Below, in pieces: positions 1 through 8,932 of a DNA stretch of 64,000 nt; within the stretch, counting starts at the first letter, position 1, and each line of letters opens with the position of its first letter. Made by a program: the position numbers and the translations under genes. Origin of the DNA: Fibrobacterales bacterium Fibro_02 (GTDB taxonomy: Bacteria > Fibrobacterota > Fibrobacteria > Fibrobacterales > Fibrobacteraceae). The stretch is from contig LVAE01000102.1 of assembly GCA_001603905.1 (NCBI GenBank), forward strand, positions 11,365-75,364. The letters are read 5' to 3'. Below the pieces are notes generated by a model, which worked only from the letters and a program-made list of their open reading frames with translations, had not been told where the DNA came from and did not search any database.

Positions 1-1
1 T

Positions 2-1402
2 ATGGCGACCTTTGCAAACCCGATCATCATGCTCTTCTTGGGCGGCTTCTTCCTTGCTGCCGCTGCCACGAAGTACAAGATGGACTTGAACCTTGCCCGC
101 GTGCTCTTGAAGCCCTTCGGAAAGAACCCGAAGTTCGTGCTCTTGGGCCTCATGCTCATCACCGCCGTGTTCTCCATGTTCATGAGCAACACCGCTACCG
201 CCGCCATGATGCTTGCCATCCTCGCTCCGGTGCTCAAGCTCTTCGACGAAGATGACCGCGGTAAAGCAGCCTTTGCCCTCGCTATTCCGCTGGGCGCAAA
301 CATCGGTGGTATGGGTACCCCGATCGGAACGCCTCCTAACGCTATTGCCCTCGGCGCACTGAACGACGCTATCGCCCGTGGCGACCTGGTTGCAAACCCG
401 GTGAGCTTCGGTCAGTGGATGGCCTTCGGTATTCCGTACGTGATTATTTTGATGGTGATTGCATGGCTTCTGCTCCTCAAGATCTACCCGATCAAGATGA
501 AGGAAATGGTCCTGAAGATTGAAGGTGCCGGTAAGTTCGATACCAGCCCGAAAGCAATTATCGTGTACATTACCTTTGTCGTGTGCGTTGTCTTGTGGGT
601 GACCGGTAAGGGTGTCCACGGCATTAACGATAATGCAATTGCTATGATCCCGATGGCTGTGTTTGCCCTCACCGGCGTGATTACCAAGAAAGACCTGAAC
701 GCAATGAGCTGGGACGTGCTCTGGCTCGTGGCCGGTGGTTTCGCTCTCGGTGTTGGCCTGAATGCTACTGGCCTTGCCGCTCACTTGATCAAGACGATTC
801 CGTTTGCAAGCTGGTCTCCGCTCGCCCTCATGATCGGTTGCGGTATCATCTGCCTCTTTATGGCAAACTTCATGAGCCACACCTCTACGGCAACACTCCT
901 CGTTCCGATTCTTTGCGCCGTGGGTATTGCCTGCCAGGACAACCTCGTTGGCCTCGGTGGCGTGACCGCCCTGCTCGTTTCTGTTGCCTTTGCAAGCTCT
1001 CTCGGCATGAGCCTTCCGATTTCGACGCCGCCTAACGCCTTGGCCCACGCTACGGGTTACACCGACACTAACGGTATGGCGAAGACTGGTATCGTGATGG
1101 GTCTCGGTGGCCTCGTGATCTCTTGGGTGATGATGATCCTCCTCGCCAAGATGAACTTCTTCGGCACGCCGGTTCCCAAGGCCGCTGAAGCCGCTCCTGC
1201 TGCTCCTGCCGCCGTTGAAAAGGTCGTTGCCCCGGCTGCTGACACCGCTGCTCCGGCTGTTGCCGATAGCGCTGCCGCCGTCGCCGCAGACTCTACCGTT
1301 GCCGTCGCTGTCGATAGCGCCGCCGCTGCAAAGGTTGAAGTTGCCGCCCCTACTGAAGAGAAGGCTGCTGCTCCGGTTGACTCCGCCGCTGCTGCAAAGT
1401 AA
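2..1402 (+). CDS. SLC13/DASS family anion (di-/tricarboxylate or sulfate):sodium symporter, 5'-truncated by the window, with Ala-rich C-terminal tail
   Basis: Multiple TM helices; SMFMSNTATAAMM, GGMGTPIGTPPN, NFMSHTSTA and LPISTPPNA motifs typical of DASS transporters. Confidence 0.9.
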   Translation: MATFANPIIMLFLGGFFLAAAATKYKMDLNLARVLLKPFGKNPKFVLLGLMLITAVFSMFMSNTATAAMMLAILAPVLKLFDEDDRGKAAFALAIPLGANIGGMGTPIGTPPNAIALGALNDAIARGDLVANPVSFGQWMAFGIPYVIILMVIAWLLLLKIYPIKMKEMVLKIEGAGKFDTSPKAIIVYITFVVCVVLWVTGKGVHGINDNAIAMIPMAVFALTGVITKKDLNAMSWDVLWLVAGGFALGVGLNATGLAAHLIKTIPFASWSPLALMIGCGIICLFMANFMSHTSTATLLVPILCAVGIACQDNLVGLGGVTALLVSVAFASSLGMSLPISTPPNALAHATGYTDTNGMAKTGIVMGLGGLVISWVMMILLAKMNFFGTPVPKAAEAAPAAPAAVEKVVAPAADTAAPAVADSAAAVAADSTVAVAVDSAAAAKVEVAAPTEEKAAAPVDSAAAAK

Positions 1403-1425
1403 GAGTATTTGACGAACACTTTGAG

Positions 1426-1454
1426 GAACCCCTTGGCTATGCCGAGGGGTTTTC
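1426..1454 (+). terminator. Rho-independent terminator of the DASS gene
   Basis: Hairpin gaaccccttggc-tat-gccgaggggttttc just after the stop codon. Confidence 0.7.
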
Positions 1455-1484
1455 TGCATTCGGGATTTTAAGGGTGGGACCCTT

Positions 1485-1613
1485 AGGGGAAAGGGTAACG
1501 GAAGCCCCTGCGAGAGCCTAACCGCTAAGCGAACAGTAAAGGCCGTAGGCCGTAATTTGTTCGCGTGCGGATTAGGCCGAGTGGGGGCTGGAGTGAGGGG
1601 AAGGCTTTCCCCT
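1485..1613. other. Highly structured palindromic intergenic element (repeat/MITE-like or ncRNA)
   Basis: Nested inverted repeats: aggggaaag/ctttcccct, agcccc/ggggct, gcctaa/ttaggc, ccgc/gcgg, gcgaaca/tgttcgc, ggcc-gta-ggcc. Confidence 0.55.
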
Positions 1614-1632
1614 TTGTCTCCCCCCCAAAAAA

Positions 1633-1664
1633 AAAGAAACCTCGCTTAAAAGCGAGGTTCTTTC
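1633..1664 (-). terminator. Terminator downstream of tRNA-Val
   Basis: Hairpin aacctcgct-taaa-agcgaggtt next to an A9 run (U-tract on the minus strand). Confidence 0.75.
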
Positions 1665-1666
1665 AG

Positions 1667-1740
<74 letters not shown>

Positions 1741-1795
1741 GAGGTGAGACCAATTATAGAAAAAGATTTTTCGTTTGTCAAGGGGTTTTGATGAA

Positions 1796-2341
1796 CTATC
1801 TCTCCGAGGCGGGAACCCAGTAGCGCAGTCGACCGTTGACATGCACGGGGGGGAGGCTGTCGATGCATGATCCGGAGCGGCAATCCTTGAAATAGAGGTC
1901 AAAATGGGCGGTCCAGAGCGAATCCCCGATGATTTCGTCGAATCGGATGGTGCTGCTGTCCTCGATAAGGGGGGCCTCTGGCGAGAATTCCTCGCGCATC
2001 CAGGTGACGTACTGGAACCTTCCGCTCAGGTTGGCCCGTGCGACGGGCGTGAGGGCCTTGCCGGTTTGCGGATTGTTGACCATCAGCGAAATCTGGTCGC
2101 CGCGCTTACTTTCCTTGATTTGGGAGCAGAAATAGAAGTAGTGGTGGCTGTTGTTCACGTAAAAGGGCGGTTCCACGTCGTTCTTGGCGAGATCGATGCT
2201 GTAGGGGCCGTTCCCGTTGACGGTGTACTTGAGGTAGCCGCCGCCCTTGACTTCCCAGCTGCTATTGATGTCTCCGCAGGCTCCGATGAGGAGTGCGAGG
2301 CTCAGGAGAACGCCTACTTTTTTCGGGAAAGTCAAATTCAT
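1796..2341 (-). CDS. Hypothetical lipoprotein
   Basis: Signal peptide with lipobox LIGA-C; 181 aa. Confidence 0.75.
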   Translation of the reverse strand: MNLTFPKKVGVLLSLALLIGACGDINSSWEVKGGGYLKYTVNGNGPYSIDLAKNDVEPPFYVNNSHHYFYFCSQIKESKRGDQISLMVNNPQTGKALTPVARANLSGRFQYVTWMREEFSPEAPLIEDSSTIRFDEIIGDSLWTAHFDLYFKDCRSGSCIDSLPPVHVNGRLRYWVPASER

Positions 2342-2379
2342 GCCCCTAAACTAGAAATTATCTTTGTGCTAGACTTCCT

Positions 2380-3027
2380 ATGAACGATAACATGGCCATT
2401 TCTAGCGATTCCCGTACCATCCGGAGACTCGATGTGGAGACTCCTCTGGGGGTGGTGCATCTGGCGGGATTCGTGCAGAAACCGGATCACCGGTCGGTCA
2501 TTCTAGGTCTTCTGTCGGAGTATGTGGGGGAGCCTGTAACCGCTGCGGATATCGTGGAATCCAAAGAAGATACGCGTCCGAAATTCCCGAAACTGGATTT
2601 CGATGTGAACTGGACGCATTCGGACGGCTATTGCGTCGTGGCGTTCGGCGAGCGCGGCTCCTTGGGAATGCGTATCGGGGTGGACATGGAACGATTTTCC
2701 CCTCGGCGACTGCACCTTGCGGAACGGTTCTTCAGTGCCGATGAGGCCGACCTCATCAAGTCGCTAATGGCTTCGGCGGAAGGGTCTGCCGAGCAAGGGG
2801 ACGAGCGTGCAGCCGAACAAGAGTTTTTCCGCCTGTGGTGCCGCAAGGAATCGTTCTATAAGTGCGTGGGCGGCGAGTTCTTTGAGGGGACCCTTCGGCG
2901 CAATATGCTAAAAAATCCGGTGCACCTGGATGCATCGGATCGTTCAGTTCATTTTGTCGACCTGGACGGCTCGGCTGTCGGAGCTCCTATGAAGGCCGCT
3001 CTCTGCCTCGCCGTTTCTCGTCTGTAG
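2380..3027 (+). CDS. 4'-phosphopantetheinyl transferase (Sfp type)
   Basis: RP..., NWTHS, IGVDME and FFRLWCRKESFYK motifs. Confidence 0.9.
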   Translation: MNDNMAISSDSRTIRRLDVETPLGVVHLAGFVQKPDHRSVILGLLSEYVGEPVTAADIVESKEDTRPKFPKLDFDVNWTHSDGYCVVAFGERGSLGMRIGVDMERFSPRRLHLAERFFSADEADLIKSLMASAEGSAEQGDERAAEQEFFRLWCRKESFYKCVGGEFFEGTLRRNMLKNPVHLDASDRSVHFVDLDGSAVGAPMKAALCLAVSRL

Positions 3028-3061
3028 CCGCGTGGCGGCATTTCTCGCGTGAAGTCGATTT

Positions 3062-3523
3062 TTAGTTGGGCAGTTCCTGTTCGCCGCTTGCGATGGGGGC
3101 GTCAGGAGGATTTTCACCTGGCTGCTGCGGGGCTTCGAGTGCGTACAGCGGGAGGCTTGCCAGTTCTTCTTCGTCGACGATCAGGCGGATGATGTACTTG
3201 TCGGGGCGCTTGATCTGGAGGCGCTGCAGGTTCAGCACCATGTTCACCGCGGCGGTATCGAATCCCTGGGCGACAGGTTCCAGCGGAATCTTCGACTGCA
3301 TCGGGGGCACGATCGGCTTGCCGCACACGTCCTCGAAAACAAGCGTCAGGTCGTGCATGCCGGCTTCGCTGCGAGAGTAGCGGATGCGGAATGCCGTGGA
3401 ACACTGCGGAATCACGAGCGGGAACTTTGCAAAGACACGGTCAAACGCACCAAGGATATTCAGGCGTCCTCCGGCTCCGTTGGCGGTCGCGGCGTCACAG
3501 ATTGCAGCAATTTCGATATTCAT
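3062..3523 (-). CDS. DUF6941-like hypothetical protein
   Basis: N-terminal AICDAA...GRLNILGAFD signature; start overlaps the stop of the upstream giant lipoprotein. Confidence 0.7.
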   Translation of the reverse strand: MNIEIAAICDAATANGAGGRLNILGAFDRVFAKFPLVIPQCSTAFRIRYSRSEAGMHDLTLVFEDVCGKPIVPPMQSKIPLEPVAQGFDTAAVNMVLNLQRLQIKRPDKYIIRLIVDEEELASLPLYALEAPQQPGENPPDAPIASGEQELPN

Positions 3524-6500
3524 TATTTAATCTCCCAGTTGTCGGCCACGTACTTCATTACGAGCGGGCCGTTGTTGCGGTTGGCGCCGCCCGCGTTTTC
3601 GCGGGCAAGCATAGATACATAGACTTTGCCGGAGTTGTCGACGGCGAGCATCGGGCACGATCCGCGCAGGTAGTAGCCCTTCTTTTCGTTGAATACGGCC
3701 TTAAAGTAGGGCAGCTGGTTTTCGCCGTGTAGGTGCCACTTGTTGTTCTCGAAGCGGTACACGTGGACCTGCGACAGCTCGGGCTTGCCCTTGTCGTCCA
3801 TCGCGGCGTAAATGACTCCGTTGTAGACGGCGAGGCTCAAGTGGTAGGCGAGAATACCTTCGTTGATGGGGGTGCTGGCGAATACGCGGTTGTTCCCTTC
3901 GCCGGTCTTAATCCAGGTGATTTCCTTCGTGCCGAAGGTTCCCTTGCCGATGTGCGGACCGTAGCTGTTCACGTCGCGGCTCAAGTAGCCCAGGTAGATG
4001 GTATCCTTCATGGCGATAAGGCGTGCCTGGTTCACATTCTTGGCGCTAAAGCCGTTCCACTTGATTCGGGTGTAGTCGGTCTTGTAGTAGCCGTAATAGG
4101 CGACATAGTCCGTGGTAACGCCCAGAACAATGAATTCTCCTGCCGGGTTGTACACGGCTTCGACTTCACGGAATTGCAGGGTTCCATCGGATGTTCCGAA
4201 CTTGGTGTTCTTGGTCCAATCGCTACCGTCGTAGTCGTACATGTAGAGTTTCAGGTCGTCGCTTGCAATGAACACGACATGCGGGTTGCTGTCGCTTTCC
4301 TTGGCGACGATTTTCACGGCGTTGATTTTTTCGAAGGTACTGCCAAGCTTTGCGAACGAAGAGGTCGCCCCAGCGGACTTGTACACGGAAAGCTTTCCGG
4401 TCTTTTCGAGGACGGCGAGGTAGAAGGCGTTGCCGTGTACGGTAACACTGAGCTGCGTCACGGAATCGGTGAGGGTAATGGATTCACCGACCTTGTTCCA
4501 GTTGGTTCCGTCGAAACGCTTGGCCGCTACCGTAGTCTTGTTTTCCAGGTAGGCGATGATTGGCTTGTCGTTGAAGATGGCTAGCGCGGGCGGAGTGTTC
4601 ATGGTCGAGGTTGCCAGAACGGTATCCTTGCCCTGGTTCTTCCAAGCCCTGCTGAAATAGACCTTGCGGCTGACTTCGGCGGCGCGGTGGCGGCTGAGGA
4701 AGCCAGGCGAGACTGTCGTCGCGCTACTGTCGCGGTAATCGAGCGTAATCGTCATGGAACCTTCGGTCGTGCTACGCATGAAGGCCGTGTTGAATTCGGC
4801 GATGCTTGTATCCAGGCTTCCGTCCTTGTTGCCCTGGTAGAAGTTGTTGTCCACATTGCTGAATTTCCAGCGGAAGTCCTGCATGTTCTTGTCGCCGAGA
4901 TCGCCAAGCTTGGACTTGGTACCGCCCCATTCCGGAGTGTAGAAGTAGAGGGCTTCGTCTTCGACGGATTCGTCGCCACTCCACAGGTAGACAGTGTCTG
5001 CCGCGGTAATGACGCCTACGGGGTGGTATTGCATCAGGCGGACTTCGGTCGAATCACTGAAGGTCACCTTGGTGCTGGTTTCCTGTGCCGAAATCACGCA
5101 GACCATGTCCTTTTCCTTTTCGGAGTAGGTGGAGTCCTTACCGATTTTGAAGGACTGGTGGTTTGCGGCGTAGTCGTACTTGGTAACCTTGCTTTCCATG
5201 GTCTTGCCGGTCGCCTTTTCCTTACATTCCCAGGTGAACCAGTCGATGCCCTGCCATACGTCGTTGACCGAGGCGTCCAATTCAAAATTGTCGCCGGGGT
5301 TCAGGTAGATGACTTCGTCCTTGACCCAGATGAGGGGAACTTCGCTTGAGAAGCTGATCGTGGTCGTGTCGATTGCCGTGTTGCCGTCGTTGTCGGTCAC
5401 GCGGGCGATACAGTAGAAAGTATTCTGTGCTGCAGGAGCTTTCCAGACGGTGTCAAAGTCGCTGACGGATTTCCAGTTGGAGGCAATCTGTTCCGGCGTA
5501 CCGCAGCTCCATTCGCGCTTGGCGATTGCGCCCGGATCCGAGGGCAGTCCGTTGTTGTCGCTTGCCGTTGCGTTCAGGGCGATGTTGTAACCTTCGCGGA
5601 CCGTCAGCTTTTCGCTTGCCACCTTGATGGTAGGCGGTGCCAGGATGATGTCGATTTCCACGGTATCCTTCGCGATGTTGCCGTCGTCATCGGTAACGCG
5701 GACAATGCACTTGTATCCGTTCTGTGGAACGGCCGGCATGGTCATGTTCGCCTTGGCCGTTGTCGAACTACTGAATGTAAAGCCGATGTTCTGGGCAGAG
5801 GCGGCGCCGCAACCCCATTCATATTTGACCAGGGAGCCGAGCGAGTCCTGTGCATGGGCGTTCAGTTCTACGACGTCCTTGATGGTGACCCTGTTGTAGT
5901 TGACGTAGGCCGTTACGGTCGGAAGTCCGACGATCACCTTGTATGTGGCGGTGTCGCGAGCCGTGTTGCCGTCGTCGTCGGTGACCTGTACCACGCAGTA
6001 GTAGTGGTCGGTTGCCGTTGAGGGCATGCGCACGACCGCTTCGGGGCCGTTCATCGGACCCCAGCTGGGGTTCTTGAGTTCGGCGAGGTTGTCGCTACAG
6101 GCGGAATCGTAGGCGGCAATGTAGCCGAGTTTGTCGGTCGCGGTTGCCTTGAGTGTCTGCGTGCTGTTAATCTTTACGGTGTCCCTCTTGGTCGAGAGTC
6201 GAATGGTCGGAAGGTCGAGAAGCGTCTTGAAGAGGAGCGTGTCGAGGCCTTCTTCTCCGTCGTCGTCAATTGCCTTGAAGACGCAGCGGTAGTTGCTTGT
6301 TTCAGAACCGGGGAGCTGCAACTTGAGCGGAACGTCGTTGACCGATTTCTGGGGGACGCTAAATGTGGTGTCGTGGTCGAAGACGACCATACCGTTGCTG
6401 CAGCCCCATTTGATCGTGTTGATGGTTCCGAACTTGTCGCTTGCGGAAGCCTTGACCGTCACGATAGAATTGATCTTGTATTCGTTGGAGTTGCTTTCGG

Positions 6501-8832
6501 TGGAAGCGTTGATGCTTGGCGGATCGTTTACGACCGTCACGGAGGTCGTGGCTGAGGAGAAATTATCATCCTGGTCCTTCACCGTGACTGTAACGGTGTG
6601 CAGTCCGACTGCGTTGAAGGATATGTCAGCATCCTTCACGTCTTTTGCGGGGCAGGCGCTTGCAGAACCGGAGCAGGCCCATTCAATTTGGAGCTCGGTA
6701 GATGCCTTGCCGGGGTAGGCTTCGACCTTAAAGTGGACGGGGTCGTTAAGGCTTACGGTGTCGTCGAATGCGGGCTCCATAAAGATGACTGCCGGATCAT
6801 CGCCCAGGATACCGAATTTGACCTGCGTCTTGACATTGGCTCCGTTGCTCTTGTATTCAGCCGTCATAATATAGTCTTCGCCTGGCTTGGCGCTGGATAC
6901 CTCGCTATAATTGAGGCTGTAGGTCGTGGAGCCATCATCGAGAACCTTCGTCTTCTTGGTGGTAGCTCCGTTGCCCACATCCCATGTCCAGATGACGGAG
7001 TCCGCTGCCGGGAAGGCGCCAATCACTTTCGCAGTGAAGTCGAACTTTCCGTCTGTTCCAATGCGGGCGTTCTGGGCCCCGTTCACGTTCAGGGTCATCG
7101 AGGTCGCCTTTACGACAATAGTCTGGGTGGGAAGGGTGGTCGTGTTTCCGGCCTTGTCCTTTGCGGAGTAATTGAACTGGTGCTCTCCGTCCATCAGGCC
7201 CGAAAGGGCGAGCGGACAGTTGAACACGGCGTTGTCGTCGTCCTTGCTGCAGTTGAGAGTCTGAGCCTTTCCGTCGATAGCGGCGGTGACGGTGTCCAGG
7301 AACGATCCCAGGTCTCGAGCGTAAATGGCAAAATTGTATTCGCGGCTAGTCAGCGTGTCGATGTTTTTCACGAGCAGGACCGGCGCTACCGTGTCCTTCA
7401 GCAGCATTTCGTCGTTCATGATGGTGTTGCCCGATTCGATGAACAGGTCCTTGAGTGTGACGGACTTGTATTCCTTGGCGGAATCGGAACTTGCAGTGGC
7501 GGTGTAGGCGCCTGCGTCCACCTTCACCGAGTAGTTACCCTTTTCGTCGGTGTAGGCGTCATAAGTCTTGTTGCCGTTACTGAATTCCACGTGGATTCCC
7601 GCATGGTTGCTGCGGGCCTGGTATTTGGCCGTACCCGAGAAGGTTCCCTGCGTCGAACTCAGGTCGCCGATGTAGAAGTTCCAGGGACGGCTGGATCCTT
7701 CGCCGGTTGAGATACGTTCCATGCGGACGATGTCGTAACCGTCGGTAACGTACATGTCCCAGTAGATGCGGCCCGTCAGTTGTTTGCTCGGATCGCTGAT
7801 CAGGGTAATGACGTTCTTGCCTTGCTGGTTGATGGGTTCGAAAATGTTCGAGGTGAATTCGGCGGCAATCAGGTCGTCGGGCGTGAACGCCTTTTGGGGC
7901 GGCTGTCCGTTCTTGGAGACCTGGGCGTAAATGAAGTATTGCAGGTTTTGCGGGTTGTCGTCGTCTGTACCTTCGTAGAAGAAGTAGAAACGGTCATTGA
8001 TATTGTGACGTGCGCCGTCCTGCGGGTAGATAATCTTGAGTTTCGGGATGCGGTTGAAGTGCAGGTTCACGCTGTCCTTGGTCGTATTGCCGTCGTCGTC
8101 TGCTACGATGACGTAAATCTTCTGGTTTCCGAGCGAGTCTATCTTGGCGTCGCTATTCTTGATGGTGAGGTAGAGGGAGTCGTTGTCTTCGAAGGTTTCG
8201 TATTTCCAGACCTTGGCGGAATCCTTTCCGCTGGCATCCAGGTCGACCTTGATGTTTACGATGGTTCCGAAGGAGTCGCTTGCGAGAATCGGGAAGGTGA
8301 TGTCGCCATCGTGTCTGGTCCACAGGGTGTCCTTGGGAACGGTCAAGAGCGGCTTGGTGTCGATGACCTTGACCCAGGCCTTGCGGGTGGCCGTACCGGA
8401 GGTGTCGGTGGCGTTGTTGCCGTCAAAGGCGACAAACCTGGGCTCGTAGAGTCCGGGTTTTGCGTATGCCCAGGCTTGGGGCTTGGCGTTGCCGCCGATG
8501 ATGGTCGTGTCCTTGCCGTTCTTGTCGGTAAGGGTCCACTGGAAACGGTAAATCTTGTCGACATGGTAGGGGAGGAGGCCTATCATATAGACGGTGTCGT
8601 TGACGGTAACCGTAAGCGTGTCGGGTATGGTGTCGGCTTCCACGACGGCCGTGTTTGCCATGGAGTCGGCGAACGCCTGCGCATCAGGAATGGGCTCGTT
8701 AAAGATGAAAACGCGGGAGTGGTTGTTCTTCAGGTTCACGTTTTCCTTGACGGACGATTCCCTGGAACAGCCGAAAAGGGCTATCATGGCGCTCAGGCCA
8801 AGGGTAAAAGACAAAAAATGGGGTACACGCAT
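3523..8832 (-). CDS. Giant (1769 aa) surface lipoprotein with PKD/Ig-like repeats and a probable C-terminal beta-propeller
   Basis: Lipobox LFG-C; about six ~95-aa repeats W-x-C...C-x3-VTDDDG-x2-A-x-DT; C-terminal blade-like repeats (PALAIFNDKPIIAY...FDGTNW, SLAVYNGVIY, MLAVDNSGKVYV). Confidence 0.8.
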   Translation of the reverse strand: MRVPHFLSFTLGLSAMIALFGCSRESSVKENVNLKNNHSRVFIFNEPIPDAQAFADSMANTAVVEADTIPDTLTVTVNDTVYMIGLLPYHVDKIYRFQWTLTDKNGKDTTIIGGNAKPQAWAYAKPGLYEPRFVAFDGNNATDTSGTATRKAWVKVIDTKPLLTVPKDTLWTRHDGDITFPILASDSFGTIVNIKVDLDASGKDSAKVWKYETFEDNDSLYLTIKNSDAKIDSLGNQKIYVIVADDDGNTTKDSVNLHFNRIPKLKIIYPQDGARHNINDRFYFFYEGTDDDNPQNLQYFIYAQVSKNGQPPQKAFTPDDLIAAEFTSNIFEPINQQGKNVITLISDPSKQLTGRIYWDMYVTDGYDIVRMERISTGEGSSRPWNFYIGDLSSTQGTFSGTAKYQARSNHAGIHVEFSNGNKTYDAYTDEKGNYSVKVDAGAYTATASSDSAKEYKSVTLKDLFIESGNTIMNDEMLLKDTVAPVLLVKNIDTLTSREYNFAIYARDLGSFLDTVTAAIDGKAQTLNCSKDDDNAVFNCPLALSGLMDGEHQFNYSAKDKAGNTTTLPTQTIVVKATSMTLNVNGAQNARIGTDGKFDFTAKVIGAFPAADSVIWTWDVGNGATTKKTKVLDDGSTTYSLNYSEVSSAKPGEDYIMTAEYKSNGANVKTQVKFGILGDDPAVIFMEPAFDDTVSLNDPVHFKVEAYPGKASTELQIEWACSGSASACPAKDVKDADISFNAVGLHTVTVTVKDQDDNFSSATTSVTVVNDPPSINASTESNSNEYKINSIVTVKASASDKFGTINTIKWGCSNGMVVFDHDTTFSVPQKSVNDVPLKLQLPGSETSNYRCVFKAIDDDGEEGLDTLLFKTLLDLPTIRLSTKRDTVKINSTQTLKATATDKLGYIAAYDSACSDNLAELKNPSWGPMNGPEAVVRMPSTATDHYYCVVQVTDDDGNTARDTATYKVIVGLPTVTAYVNYNRVTIKDVVELNAHAQDSLGSLVKYEWGCGAASAQNIGFTFSSSTTAKANMTMPAVPQNGYKCIVRVTDDDGNIAKDTVEIDIILAPPTIKVASEKLTVREGYNIALNATASDNNGLPSDPGAIAKREWSCGTPEQIASNWKSVSDFDTVWKAPAAQNTFYCIARVTDNDGNTAIDTTTISFSSEVPLIWVKDEVIYLNPGDNFELDASVNDVWQGIDWFTWECKEKATGKTMESKVTKYDYAANHQSFKIGKDSTYSEKEKDMVCVISAQETSTKVTFSDSTEVRLMQYHPVGVITAADTVYLWSGDESVEDEALYFYTPEWGGTKSKLGDLGDKNMQDFRWKFSNVDNNFYQGNKDGSLDTSIAEFNTAFMRSTTEGSMTITLDYRDSSATTVSPGFLSRHRAAEVSRKVYFSRAWKNQGKDTVLATSTMNTPPALAIFNDKPIIAYLENKTTVAAKRFDGTNWNKVGESITLTDSVTQLSVTVHGNAFYLAVLEKTGKLSVYKSAGATSSFAKLGSTFEKINAVKIVAKESDSNPHVVFIASDDLKLYMYDYDGSDWTKNTKFGTSDGTLQFREVEAVYNPAGEFIVLGVTTDYVAYYGYYKTDYTRIKWNGFSAKNVNQARLIAMKDTIYLGYLSRDVNSYGPHIGKGTFGTKEITWIKTGEGNNRVFASTPINEGILAYHLSLAVYNGVIYAAMDDKGKPELSQVHVYRFENNKWHLHGENQLPYFKAVFNEKKGYYLRGSCPMLAVDNSGKVYVSMLARENAGGANRNNGPLVMKYVADNWEIK

Positions 8833-8932
8833 AGCACATCCTCAATTAAAATCAAGATATTTTTTACACTTTAAATCTATCTTTTTTATTCGTAAAGCGT
8901 GTGTGATAAAACGCACCGATGGAGCTTGTTTT

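Noticed and set aside
1620-1635. C7-A9 homopolymer run as a phase-variable tract
   Set aside because: Intergenic; the A-run is explained as the U-tract of the tRNA terminator
8594-8932. N-terminal extension of the pilD ORF
   Set aside because: Overlaps the giant lipoprotein antisense; homology starts at ATG 8933
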